DNA from: Octopus bimaculoides
Taxonomy: Eukaryota
NCBI RefSeq assembly: GCF_001194135.2
Contig: NC_068998.1
Coordinates: 14,959,758-15,023,757 of the forward strand
DNA length: 64,000 bases
Direction of reading: 5' to 3'
The stretch's first letter is position 1. Each line of letters starts with the position of its first letter. The translations under genes were made by a program, and so were the position numbers. Under the pieces are notes generated by a model. The model worked only from the letters and a program-made list of their open reading frames with translations. It did not search any database and was not told the origin of the DNA. Shown here in pieces: positions 40,007-52,196 of this stretch.

Positions 40007-41245
40007 GAAACATTCAAACACTGAGATTTGAAGTTAGATGTTACTACTGTTCATATCATGTGTATGAATTCTAAATTTGATGATATCACCAGTGGTGACA
40101 TGGGTGAATCGCAGTTATAATAGCTTTAAATAGCTATGAATTATAAATTTGCACGAAGCTTAATGATGCTTAACAAGCATCTACCTGCTTGAAATAAGAG
40201 CTAAGTCTTAAATTAATCCACCGTAGCGCACCAATATAACAGAGAAAAACAGCATGCGAGAAAAATCATTTTGGGTTAAACATTGCAAATGTCCTCACTG
40301 AAAATAAAGTGATACTGGGAAACGTGCTTTCCCAGTACCAATATAAAGCGTCAATGTGCAGATATTTTTTACTGTTATGCAGATCATGAACCTCGGACCT
40401 CGTTCGGGCTATCTCAAGATTCGGTCTTCGAGCATTCTCATGCTTTCAGACGATGAAATATCGTCACCGTATTTTCTCGCTTGCAATGGTAGATTTAACG
40501 TAGGCGGAAGTAGTTGCGATCGTCAGGTCAGCCATGTGACTGCATCTTCAATGTTTGACTTTTCTTTAACAATGATCAAAGAAGTTGGTCATCATTGAAT
40601 TAGATGTCCAGGTATTTACCAAGGCATGATTATATATATGAATGACTCTTATACACACGTACACATACAAACATATATGCTATTAAGTGCAATTAGGTAT
40701 CTTTATACCGGAGTCACAATCTACATGATCATCTTCGTCTCCCAGTTAAACTCCTCCAAACAAATTTTTTTGTACGTTAAACCTTTCCCTTTCTAATTCC
40801 TCTCCTCTCTTTTCTCTTTAACAATCTCTTTTACGCTCAAACCCACCTCTCTCTCTTTCTCTGTCTGTCTCTCTCTCTGTCTCTCTTTCCGGCTCTCCGT
40901 CTCTATCGCTTTCTGTCCGATTCTTTCTCTCTCTCTTTCCGTCTCTTACCTTCTCTGTCCGAGTCTTTCTCTCACCCTCTCTCTCTATCTCTCTATCTCC
41001 CCTCTCTCTCTTCTCTTTCTCTCATATATCCGGTTCTCAATTTTTACTGAAGGTGATTTATGTCTGGAAATGAAATTTATGGCGCTAGATTTCATGCTTC
41101 TTGTATAATTTTATTGAGTTATATTAAAAACCAATTCTTTCAAAAATTCGTCAGAATTTTTGTTCTGTATTTGTGCACATGGTTTTAATAATGAATATTA
41201 CCTGCTCGCTGTTCTTAGAACAAAACATTGCTCCGAGGCATTTCT

Positions 41246-41326
41246 CATTCTTTTATGTAATCATTCCAATATTTGGCATTCGTTTATGTAATCATTCCAA
41301 TATTTGGCATTCTTTTTATGTCATTC
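41246..41326. repeat. 31-bp tandem duplication (about 2.5 units); a 13-bp tandem lies at 41414-41448
   Basis: cattc(t/g)tttatgtaatcattccaatatttgg x2; ttatgtttcacac x2.7. Confidence 0.9.
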
Positions 41327-41476
41327 ACTTTTCACTTTTTCTTTGTACATGATATCTCCCTTCTCTCAAATTAGAACTGCAATCAATCTTTTTCACTTTT
41401 CCGTTTCTCACATTTATGTTTCACACTTATGTTTCACACTTATGTTTCTGATCCATACTAGATAGATAGATAGATA

Positions 41477-42135
41477 CATTTCTTTTATTAGCCACACAGG
41501 GCTTTACACAGAGGGGACGAATACAATGTAGAGCTTTTCTTTTGGGGAGGGGGAAGGAGAGAGAGAAAGGGGGGGTCGATCAAAAGGGATCGTAGGAAAG
41601 AAGAAAAAAAAGGCGATCAATAGGGATCGTGTATCACAGCAATGTTCTCGTGTAAAACGTGGGGACAGCTTAGGTTTAGCCGTGGAAAGAAAAGCCTACG
41701 GAAAAGACCACGGTAACCTTGGCCAATATTGTCATTGTCATTGAAGAAACCATAACAGTAAGTGACTCTCTTTTGCCTCTTTGTTTTTTTTTCTTGATTT
41801 TTTTTTTACTCCGTCATTCACACGTGCCATTCTTGCTACATTCACCCATCTTTTTTTAAGCATTCACTAGACAAGACTTCCCTTTCTACTCTCATCTTCC
41901 TCTTCAGGTGATACTTGAAGAAGTTGATCAGAGATTGCCCAGAGAGGAAAGTCTTTGTCTCTAGACCTTTCAGACGCGTCCACCATACACATTCTTGCGC
42001 CATAGCCACAAGTACGATGAAAATGGCTCTTCCTTCCCGTTTAAAGGAAGGAGGCGCGACAATATTTACGATAGACTCGGCTGATAGACCGACTCGTTCC
42101 ACACGCGAGAGCAGTTGTTCGACGTAAGCCCACAG
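41477..42135 (-). mobile_element. Tx1/L1-type LINE 3' end (ORF2 C-terminus plus 3' UTR)
   Basis: LWAYVEQLLSRVERVGLSAESIVNIVAPP...LVAMAQECVWWTRLKG...FFKYHLKRKMRVEREVL..(frameshift)KRWVNVARMARV resembles Tx1-clade ORF2 ends. AATAAA on the minus strand at 41484-41489; 5' side lost in a gap. Confidence 0.75.
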
Positions 42136-43048
42136 NNNNNNNNNNNNNNNNNNNNNNNNNNNNNNNNNNNNNNNNNNNNNNNNNNNNNNNNNNNNNNNNN
42201 NNNNNNNNNNNNNNNNNNNNNNNNNNNNNNNNNNNNNNNNNNNNNNNNNNNNNNNNNNNNNNNNNNNNNNNNNNNNNNNNNNNNNNNNNNNNNNNNNNNN
42301 NNNNNNNNNNNNNNNNNNNNNNNNNNNNNNNNNNNNNNNNNNNNNNNNNNNNNNNNNNNNNNNNNNNNNNNNNNNNNNNNNNNNNNNNNNNNNNNNNNNN
42401 NNNNNNNNNNNNNNNNNNNNNNNNNNNNNNNNNNNNNNNNNNNNNNNNNNNNNNNNNNNNNNNNNNNNNNNNNNNNNNNNNNNNNNNNNNNNNNNNNNNN
42501 NNNNNNNNNNNNNNNNNNNNNNNNNNNNNNNNNNNNNNNNNNNNNNNNNNNNNNNNNNNNNNNNNNNNNNNNNNNNNNNNNNNNNNNNNNNNNNNNNNNN
42601 NNNNNNNNNNNNNNNNNNNNNNNNNNNNNNNNNNNNNNNNNNNNNNNNNNNNNNNNNNNNNNNNNNNNNNNNNNNNNNNNNNNNNNNNNNNNNNNNNNNN
42701 NNNNNNNNNNNNNNNNNNNNNNNNNNNNNNNNNNNNNNNNNNNNNNNNNNNNNNNNNNNNNNNNNNNNNNNNNNNNNNNNNNNNNNNNNNNNNNNNNNNN
42801 NNNNNNNNNNNNNNNNNNNNNNNNNNNNNNNNNNNNNNNNNNNNNNNNNNNNNNNNNNNNNNNNNNNNNNNNNNNNNNNNNNNNNNNNNNNNNNNNNNNN
42901 NNNNNNNNNNNNNNNNNNNNNNNNNNNNNNNNNNNNNNNNNNNNNNNNNNNNNNNNNNNNNNNNNNNNNNNNNNNNNNNNNNNNNNNNNNNNNNNNNNNN
43001 NNNNNNNNNNNNNNNNNNNNNNNNNNNNNNNNNNNNNNNNNNNNNNNN

Positions 43049-43108
<60 letters not shown>

Positions 43109-43499
43109 TGTCACTCATTCTCTTACCAGACAACCGGTGTCGACCAATACCTTTTACTTATACACATACATACCCTCCCCACTACTCACAATTTCCATTG
43201 ATATTTCAAGCCAGTTAATATTTCTTTAGATCAAAGTTGTTTATTGTTAGATTACTTCGTGTAATATCTACGTAAACATAATTCAGGTGCGGTGAAATAA
43301 TATATTTGAAAAATAACAATTAAGGAAAGGAGCATTCCTAAACTACTCTGAATTAAATTGTGTAAATAACACAAAGATATTTTGAAAGATTTCTGACGTC
43401 CCATTTCAACTGAAAAACTTAAATTAATAAATTGTCGCAAATAGAGTTTAAAGAGTGTTATTTTAAATATCATGCAGGTATCCAATAAGTGTGCGTTAT

Positions 43500-43850
43500 A
43501 AGATAGTTAGTAGAATGGCCAAATGTTTAAGAAGCTCGCTTCGTAAAATCGAAGTCTTTGGTTCGAATCACTTGGAGACATCTTGAGCAATTGTCAGGTT
43601 TTGAAGCCTGAGTTGGGCCCTGTCTTGTGAGTTAAATGAGGTGACAAAATCTGTCAGACGGATTGTACTTGTAATTCAAATGATACATTTTTATTACACA
43701 CATTGTATCAAACTGATTTGGCCTGAAGATTAAGCTGCAGGTACACATGCATCTGGAATGCTCAGTAACTTACATCTTAATTCAGAAGAATGTCATTCAG
43801 TTCATCAAACTAAGTTCATGTCGTCTGATGACAGAGACCCGCCGTCGTTA
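43500..43850 (+). mobile_element. Degenerate SINE, family A-like head with family C-like tail
   Basis: tggccaaatgtttaagaagctcgcttc..ggttcgaatc..ccttgtgag-like head, then gcaggtacacatgcatctggaatgctcagtaacttacatcttaatt (C tail). Confidence 0.55.
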
Positions 43851-43874
43851 TTTCAATAAGAAATCTCCTTTAAA

Positions 43875-44376
43875 TCCTACTCGTGGATAAGTGATAAGTG
43901 CAGATTTTGTGGACAAAACTGTGAAACCGTATGGCATATTACCAGCCAATGTACGCCACTAACCCAGAAGGAATATAAGAGACGCCACGACAATATAGCC
44001 AAGCAAGAAAATTGGTACGACCACAAACCTGAAGGCGTCGTCGAAAATGGAAAGTTAAGCAGTTGTAGTCAATGAAAATGGTTGCAGTAGTACCAATAAT
44101 TGTCGGAGCCCTGGGAACAGTGAGCAAAAATCTCGAGAAGTACGTGGAACAAATAGGGGCAGCAATAAGCGTGGAGCACTTGCAGAAAACAGCACTGCTN
44201 NNNNNNNNNCAAATAGGGGCAGCAATAAGCGTGGAGCACTTGCAGAAAACAGCACTGCTTGGAACCGCTCGAATACTCCGGAAGGTGCTCGAAAAATAAG
44301 AGGTGTCACCTTAGTTCACTGGTAGTGAATAGCTGACATTGTAATACATCTCCACCACTAGAAGCTGTGCAAAGGC

Positions 44377-44440
<64 letters not shown>
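43875..44440 (+). mobile_element. R4/Dong-like RLE LINE, 5'-truncated with two internal deletions and a (TAA)n tail
   Basis: DKCRFCGQNCETVWHITSQCTPLTQKEYKRRHDNIA|KQENWYDHKPEGVVENGK|..MVAVVPIIVGALGTVSKNLEKY..LQKTALLGTARILRKVLEK*, then the 3' UTR and about 21 TAA units. Confidence 0.92.
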
Positions 44441-44441
<1 letters not shown>

Positions 44442-44870
44442 GGGATTTAATCAGATACATCCTCTCCACAAATTTCATAGAGGTGTGCGGGCTGTTGATA
44501 ACAGTATGATTATAAATATATTCCGTCTCATATTATTAAATTGACAATCTAGAATTTTAATTATCACACTGTAATCAAGAAAAGCTGATATATTAATCAC
44601 AATATTGTTTTCACTAGAAGTTTTCGTTGATGTTGTTAATATTTACATGGCCATATGTACATATTTGTCATTAACTTAGAAAATATCTTCTGTGATATGA
44701 TGTCAAACAGTTAGATTTAAGAAAGAATTTACACGGCGCCACACCTCTCACATTAATAATTCATTGTGAGTATATATGTATATACACACTAACTACCATG
44801 TTACTATATTTGAATGTATGTATATATCTTTGTATTTTTATATGGCACATTATATTCAGATAGATAGATG

Positions 44871-44912
<42 letters not shown>

Positions 44913-45469
44913 CATGTGCGTGTGTGCGTGTGTACGTGCGTGCGTGTGCGTATGTATATTTTTACGTTTGCTGTTTCTCATAAAACTACCTCGCTATTTC
45001 CCATGAAAGTTTTTCCATACGTTATATGCAAATTTAAATCTTTTCAGAGTTATTAAAATATTAAAACTACCGAATTTTCGGTGGCTCTCCGAGGACAAAA
45101 TTAGCAAAATTCAGACAAAAAACAGCCAGTTATCATTCGATAAATGGAACAGTATATAAACAAAAAGAAAAACACTCTGAGATCCAAATGAAAAAGAAAC
45201 AGCGTATACGATGTTCAAGCAAACGGTGTAAAACGGACAAGCAGTCTGAGCAGGCTTGACCAGTCACATGATCGGGCCATCGGCGACTAAACCGGTAACC
45301 ATCGTATCTCTCGTCACCAAGCTAATCTGGTAGGTGTGCCATTTAAGTATGACCCAACCACGTAACAGGTTGTACTCAAATAAGTTACCAGTAGCACTCT
45401 AAACGATCATACACACACAAGTACACATACACAAAGCACATACATGCACAAAACACACACATACATGAT

Positions 45470-46045
45470 TTTATGTGTTTCAATCATTAGATTACTCCTT
45501 CTATGGGTCACATAGACTGAAATGCTAAGTTACAATGACGTAAACAATCCAGGACCAATTGTCAAGCTATGAGAGACAAACAAAAGCACGAATATACACA
45601 CACACACACACATACATATATTCACACATACATATATTCATAGGGCGGCGAGCTGGCAGAAGCGTTAGCACGCCGGGCGAAATGCTTAGCGGTATTTCGT
45701 CTGCCGCTACGTTCTGAGTTCAAATTCCGCCGAGGTCGACTTTGCCTGTCATCCTTTCGGGGTCGATTAAATAAGTACCAGTTACGCACTGGGGTCGATA
45801 TAATCGACTTAATCCGTTTGTCTGTTTTCGTTTGTCCCCTCTGTGTGTATCCCCTCGTGGGTAGTAAAGAAATAATACATATATTCATACATACATATCC
45901 ACAAAACACACGCGTACACACACACACACACACACACACTGTTTCAATCGATTAAATTTACTCACAAGTCATTGATCGACAAGAGGCTACAGTCAAATGT
46001 ATTTGGGACGGAACTGGAAACTATGTGGTGGCCAAACAAATTTCT
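45470..46045 (-). mobile_element. Old SINE family A copy hosting a younger SINE B
   Basis: Family A 3' part (gtttcaatcattagatt...ttacaatgacgtaaaca...ttgtcaagc) and 5' part (ctcacaagtcattgatcgacaagaggctacag...ggaactggaaactatgtggt) flank the B insertion. Confidence 0.65.
45643..45874 (+). mobile_element. Young SINE family B variant with a perfect 15-bp TSD
   Basis: atacatatattcata at 45628-45642 and 45875-45889; head and core are close to the other B copies. Confidence 0.95.
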
Positions 46046-46249
46046 GAACAACATATCAAAAGATACCACTTCTACATCTCCACCCATTATCCTCAGACGT
46101 TGTTACGTTCCTTGTTTATAAGACTGCAATATTATCGTGGGTTTCCTATCTTTTGTCACTTTGCATTATTGACACTGTAAAGACAGAAGAATTCAATATA
46201 GTGTTGGTTGTGAATGCAATTTTCTTTAAAAAAAATAATACTTATTTGC

Positions 46250-46455
46250 AAAGGTGACCTCGGAACGTAAAGGGTCAGAACAAAAGCCTGCTAAGCGTTT
46301 TGCTCGGCCCTTTTAAAGATGTTCCAGTTTGCCATCTCTAAATGCGTTAATAATAATGATTTTTTAAATTTTGCCTTAAGGCCTGTACTTTTGAGGAAGG
46401 AGCTAAGTCCCTTACATGGACCCCTGTCCTAGACTGGTACTTACTTTATCGAAAG
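46250..46455 (-). mobile_element. SINE family B, degenerate pieces
   Basis: aaggtgacctcggaacgtaaag...gctaagcgttttg; aaggcctgtactttt...gactggtacttactttatcga. Confidence 0.6.
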
Positions 46456-46757
46456 CAAAATGGATAAGAATTGGATAATTATTACATAAATAGTTTAGGC
46501 AATAAAAATAAACGTTTGTTGCAGACTATTTGCTACTGAAGATATATGTGTCGGTAAATACGAAGACGATATCAGAGAGGAAAAAAATAACTGCGATTCC
46601 ATATAAAACCTCTTCGAAGATAAACGTCTAATCCATTGTTATAAAATAATTAGTTAATATTATAGTGGTCATTGTTGTCTGTAATAATAACGAGGCAATA
46701 AATACATATATATGTCCATATATGTGTGTGGATGTGTACATGCCCACACACACACGA

Positions 46758-46806
<49 letters not shown>

Positions 46807-47521
46807 NNNNNNNNNNNNNNNNNNNNNNNNNNNNNNNNNNNNNNNNNNNNNNNNNNNNNNNNNNNNNNNNNNNNNNNNNNNNNNNNNNNNNNNNNNNNNN
46901 NNNNNNNNNNNNNNNNNNNNNNNNNNNNNNNNNNNNNNNNNNNNNNNNNNNNNNNNNNNNNNNNNNNNNNNNNNNNNNNNNNNNNNNNNNNNNNNNNNNN
47001 NNNNNNNNNNNNNNNNNNNNNNNNNNNNNNNNNNNNNNNNNNNNNNNNNNNNNNNNNNNNNNNNNNNNNNNNNNNNNNNNNNNNNNNNNNNNNNNNNNNN
47101 NNNNNNNNNNNNNNNNNNNNNNNNNNNNNNNCATGCAGTATATCAAATAAATATAAAAAATACAGTGCACAAAACAAAAAATTTGCCGATCATAATAGAT
47201 ATATATTGAACAAAAAACAAAATATTTTTAAAACACTGCTAAATATATTACTATCCATGTTTTATATGAATTATTTATTGCATGTAATCGTCGCTTCATA
47301 GAAAAATAACACTTGAAGAGAATTGCGAAGCTGGATAGAGAATATTCTGCTGCAGAAATGAATGCTTTTGTTTCCCGACAAATCTATTATTGTGTAATAC
47401 GTGTATAAACATATCAGAGATGGAAATTGTTAAGACATTGTCTTGAGACAGCAAAACCTGCGAGAAAATTTAGATGATGCAATGTAAATATTTGTGTTGT
47501 CTATGTATGGATAGGTATGCA

Positions 47522-47562
<41 letters not shown>

Positions 47563-47994
47563 NNNNNNNNNNNNNNNNNNNNNNNNNNNNNNNNNNNNNN
47601 NNNNNNNNNNNNNNNNNNNNNNNNNNNNNNNNNNNNNNNNNNNNNNNNNNNNNNNNNNNNNNNNNNNNNNNNNNNNNNNNNNNNNNNNNNNNNNNNNNNN
47701 NNNNNNNNNNNNNNNNNNNNNNNNNNNNNNNNNNNNNNNNNNNNNNNNNNNNNNNNNNNNNNNNNNNNNNNNNNNNNNNNNNNNNNNNNNNNNNNNNNNN
47801 NNNNNNNNNNNNNNNNNNNNNNNNNNNNNNNNNNNNNNNNNNNNNNNNNNNNNNNNNNNNNNNNNNNNNNNNNNNNNNNNNNNNNNNNNNNNNNNNNNNN
47901 NNNNNNNNNNNNNNNNNNNNNNNNNNNNNNNNNNNNNNNNNNNNNNNNNNNNNNNNNNNNNNNNNNNNNNNNNNNNNNNNNNNNNNNNNNNNNN

Positions 47995-48042
<48 letters not shown>

Positions 48043-49844
48043 GCACAAATATATGTATATATATGTATACACGTGTGTATGTATATGTATGCATGTTTGT
48101 GTCTGTGTGTATGTATGTATATGTGTGTATATTAATGTATGTATGTATGTATGTATGTATAATTGCATTTATCTACATACATACAAACATACACCCACAT
48201 ACTATCAAATTAGCAGAAAAAGTAGCGAAAGGTATGAAGGCATATTTGATTAAAGAAAACATTATAGTGTAAGATAAAATTATTAACTAATATATGCGTC
48301 TGCCTGGTGTCTAATACCCACTACTACCCTTTACACAGACACTACACATTTTTTCCTCATAATTTTATTTCGCGAATGGCACAGATTTAAGTCAAGCATA
48401 TTAAATAAAAACAAATCCTTAAATAACTGTGATAACATTTACTTACCTGAAAAATTTGTGAAATTTGAAAACGTTTACTATCTTCTTGGTATAATTTATT
48501 TCTTAAAGAATTTTAAAGTATGAGTAGCACCTGTAATGACAGGTAGATTACAATCTACTCGATGAAACAAAATAATTCTTACATCGTGCAGAAATTAGTA
48601 ACGAAGAACGGACTACACATACAAATATTTCAACTGCCATGCATACAGTAACAGAGAAGCGTTTACACGAGGTTTGATCTCAACCCATCATATTCCTTGG
48701 CAATTCAGTACATTGTCAACTCAGCATCTCAGGAAATAAAATACTTTATGCCTTACCAGCAGACGTATAAAATAGATTCTACATAAAATTGTCTATTAAC
48801 AGAGCTGTATTACTGAAGATGTACTCCAGCAACTGTTAATGCTTAACTTGAGAATTTATTAATAAGGCAAAACCCTTATGTCCTGGTACATGAAGTTTTC
48901 TAAATCGAAATATATAAAAAAGCATTTACAGTATGCTCTTTTCCTATGACATTGTCAAAACTTGCCATGCTGGCCTTCAACTGCGCATTGGGTATAGTTT
49001 GTTTTCTCTTGTTATTTTATATATAACAGGATGAAGCCTATTCGTACAGCAATGTTGTTGCTAAGACTCATGTGCGCTGCTTCAAAAAGGTTGTAAGTGC
49101 TACGTATATTCGATTTAGTTTTTTTTTATAGCTGTTGTTACAGCAAAATAAACTCGTCAACCATTTACCAAGTAGTAAATGATTGTTGGATTCTGAGGTA
49201 TCTTCCTGAATGGAAAAGTCGAAAAAATGCATCATCGTTGCTTATACATTATCCTTTCTAAAATAGTGTAAATTCATCGCGTCTGTTTTCCTTCCCGAGA
49301 GCAGGTACTGCAGCGCTAGTTTCCTTCAAACCATCTGGTGAATTTATTGTTTTCCCATGCAGAAAGATTCCATATTGAGGAAACCACCTGATTTATAATA
49401 TTTCATTCTCACTGGATGGATCCGGAAACATTGCAGATATGATAGAAATAATGTCATTAAAGTGATTCTTATTTGTGAATCAGGTCACGATTTGCGCATG
49501 TGTTGCAATTTCTAGTAGAAAAGATTGCATTTACTCGTGGCACTAATTTGATTTCACATTTAACTTAAATTAATATGAATCAACTGGTGCATCTTAGTCA
49601 ATAGCAACTCTGCATTAATCAAAGTTCCTATGAAGCTTGTGACAAATTTCAAGAAGGATACAGAAAAAGGAAGCAAAGAAGAGAAAGCGGTGTTGATCAT
49701 TTATGAATAGCAGAGAGAGGGAAAAGGGGAAACCTATATAGCAAAAAGAGAGAAGGTGGGAGAAGGAGAAGGAGAGAGGTAAAAATTGTGATGTAAAGCA
49801 GATAAAAGACAAAATATATAACGACAGAAAGATCCAGAGAGAAA

Positions 49845-50040
49845 GCACCAACAGAGCCAGCAATTTTGGGGAGAGGAGCAAGCCTATTACATCGACCACA
49901 GTCCTCAACTGGCACTTATTTAATTGAAAATTAAAATTTTCAATTTGCCAAAAGTATGAAAGGCTAAGTCGACCTCACAGAATGTGATGCCGGAAAAATA
50001 CCACTAAATATTTTGTCCATCTTAACTATTCTGTCAGCGT
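49845..50040 (-). mobile_element. SINE family B
   Basis: ttacatcgaccacagtcctcaactggcacttatttaattg...aaggctaagtcgacctc. Confidence 0.7.
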
Positions 50041-50208
50041 GCAGCCCGAGAAGGGAAGCATATTGACTGGAACTAACAAAGCGACGTATGAGAAGCGACA
50101 AAGGAGGTATAATTAATGCATCGCCTTGCTAACACCGGATAAATTACGATACTTACATACAAAAAGAGTAGAACGAGATCGGCATATGTGCTCACACACC
50201 GACTAAAC

Positions 50209-50241
<33 letters not shown>

Positions 50242-52001
50242 NNNNNNNNNNNNNNNNNNNNNNNNNNNNNNNNNNNNNNNNNNNNNNNNNNNNNNNNNNN
50301 NNNNNNNNNNNNNNNNNNNNNNNGTGTGTGTGTGTGCCTGCGCGTGTGTGTGTGCCTGCGCGTGTGTGTGCGTGTGGTTATGTGTGTCAAGGTGCATAGC
50401 CTAGTTGTAAGAGTGTTGTTCTCAGGATCGCGAGGTTATTCAGCAAAACGCTACATTTCACGTTGTTCTTTTGAGTTACTTCTATTTACTCGTATGAAAG
50501 CAATTACGGGAATTGGAAAATAAATCTCGACAATTGTCGAAAGCTGATACACCGCCCATGATATGAAACCGAGTTTTGGAGCGGTTGTCTCGGTTGCTTT
50601 ATCAACTTGACAATTTATACTCTCAATGGAGATGATACAGAACAATGAAGTAATGCTATAGTTACTGCCGTTGCATGGAAATATCCGTGTACGTACCAAT
50701 AGATAAAATAAAAACTACGATTACTATAACAACAACAATAATAATAATAATAATAATAATAATACAGTCATCCTCTAGCACAAGAATGTTTTATCTAGAA
50801 TAGAACTCTAAATTTGATATAGCAGCTGAAGTAAAAGGATACATATCAAATCAAACGATGAAAAAGGATAAGAAAAATTAAAATAAAAGAAAATAACAAA
50901 TATAATCAAGAGAAGAACAAAATAAATACAGTGTGATATATCCTTTGTGAAAATAACATGATTCCCAGTTACAGATGAAAAAAATGGTACTATCTATTAT
51001 ATACTCGATTCTTAAACTGAATGAAAACCCAGCGACGACTGATTTATTGCTTTATAAGCTGAATATAACACGAAAATAATATTCACTGCTGCTTCATCAC
51101 CATTTAAATGAATACATAAGCCAGGTAGCAAACATATACATTAAATAGGCTGCACCATACAAATTACAACAGATTTATGTGATAGATAACAAGGTTCTCG
51201 TTCTCAATACTGTCATCTATGAGCAGCTGAATAATCTGATAGGAAATAGCTTGGCGAACGGTATCGTATGATTTAGCGTCCCCTACAAAAAAAATAGAAT
51301 AGCTAAAATATCACATAAAACAGAAATTAGAATTTTGAATGAGCAGGTAGACTTTACATATGAAAAAATAGAAGCAGAATATTAATTTATTTCTTGGGTA
51401 TTCGAATAAAAAGAATAACATTACATATATTTCAAAGAGAATTGTGAAATGAATGTGTATAATATAATTTATATAATATATAACTTTCAAGTTCGCTTTC
51501 TATCCTGCGCCAAAGAAAATTTTAGAGAGTTGATTTGCTTCTTGCAAGAGGTTGTATGATCACGATTAATGATAACTAATCAATGAACATTATTGGTTGT
51601 TGCAAATGTATGATACGAAACTTTGTTTAATGTTCAGTCCTTACTTATTTCGAATGACAGCTTATAGACCTGTATTTTGGTGTCGGGTTTAATGCCCTTT
51701 TCGTTCTTTGTAGCTCACGGCACCTTGGAGCAAACAGCCTTGGAACGAACAAATTGGAGATCGTCATGTTAAAATGGTATAAGAAACTTTGTTTCAACCA
51801 GCATTAACAGGCTTAGGGGTGCAAGGCAAAGGAGAAAAAGGGGTGAAAATATACTGCCTGCACTGACCTATATTCCTGATACTTGCAACATCTGCGGACT
51901 TCTTTGAAATCGTTGGTGTGACTCAAAGGTTACATTCGATATAAGCATTATTACTGACAAAGGTTGTCGGATCCTCATATCGTATGAGTCCATCATATAT
52001 A

Positions 52002-52196
52002 CGAGGGGGTGCTGAAATTTTCCTGGCTTTAAAGGGCACGAAATGCCTGGTTTGAGGCACAACCTTCCGAGTTCTTTCACAGGGCTTAGAAAAACTGAAG
52101 GGCCGCTGCAATAAGTGTTAGAATCTTAGAGAGGAATATATTGAATAAAATCATAATTAACTGATCCTCTTGTATTTTCTTTTCAGCAGTCCCTCG
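52002..52196 (+). mobile_element. Mariner-derived MITE
   Basis: TA TSDs (52000-1, 52197-8); TIRs cgagggggtgctgaaa / tttcagcagtccctcg. The interior reads QGLEKLKGRCNKC*NLREEYIE*, the mariner C-terminal GI.KL..RW.KC...G.Y.E motif. Confidence 0.85.

Noticed and set aside
40313-40337. 10-bp perfect hairpin tactgggaaa/tttcccagta
   Set aside because: A stem of this length is expected roughly once by chance in a window this size.
44150-44260. 50-bp duplication inside the R4/Dong remnant across a 10-N gap
   Set aside because: Same overlap-artefact pattern; not treated as a biological duplication.
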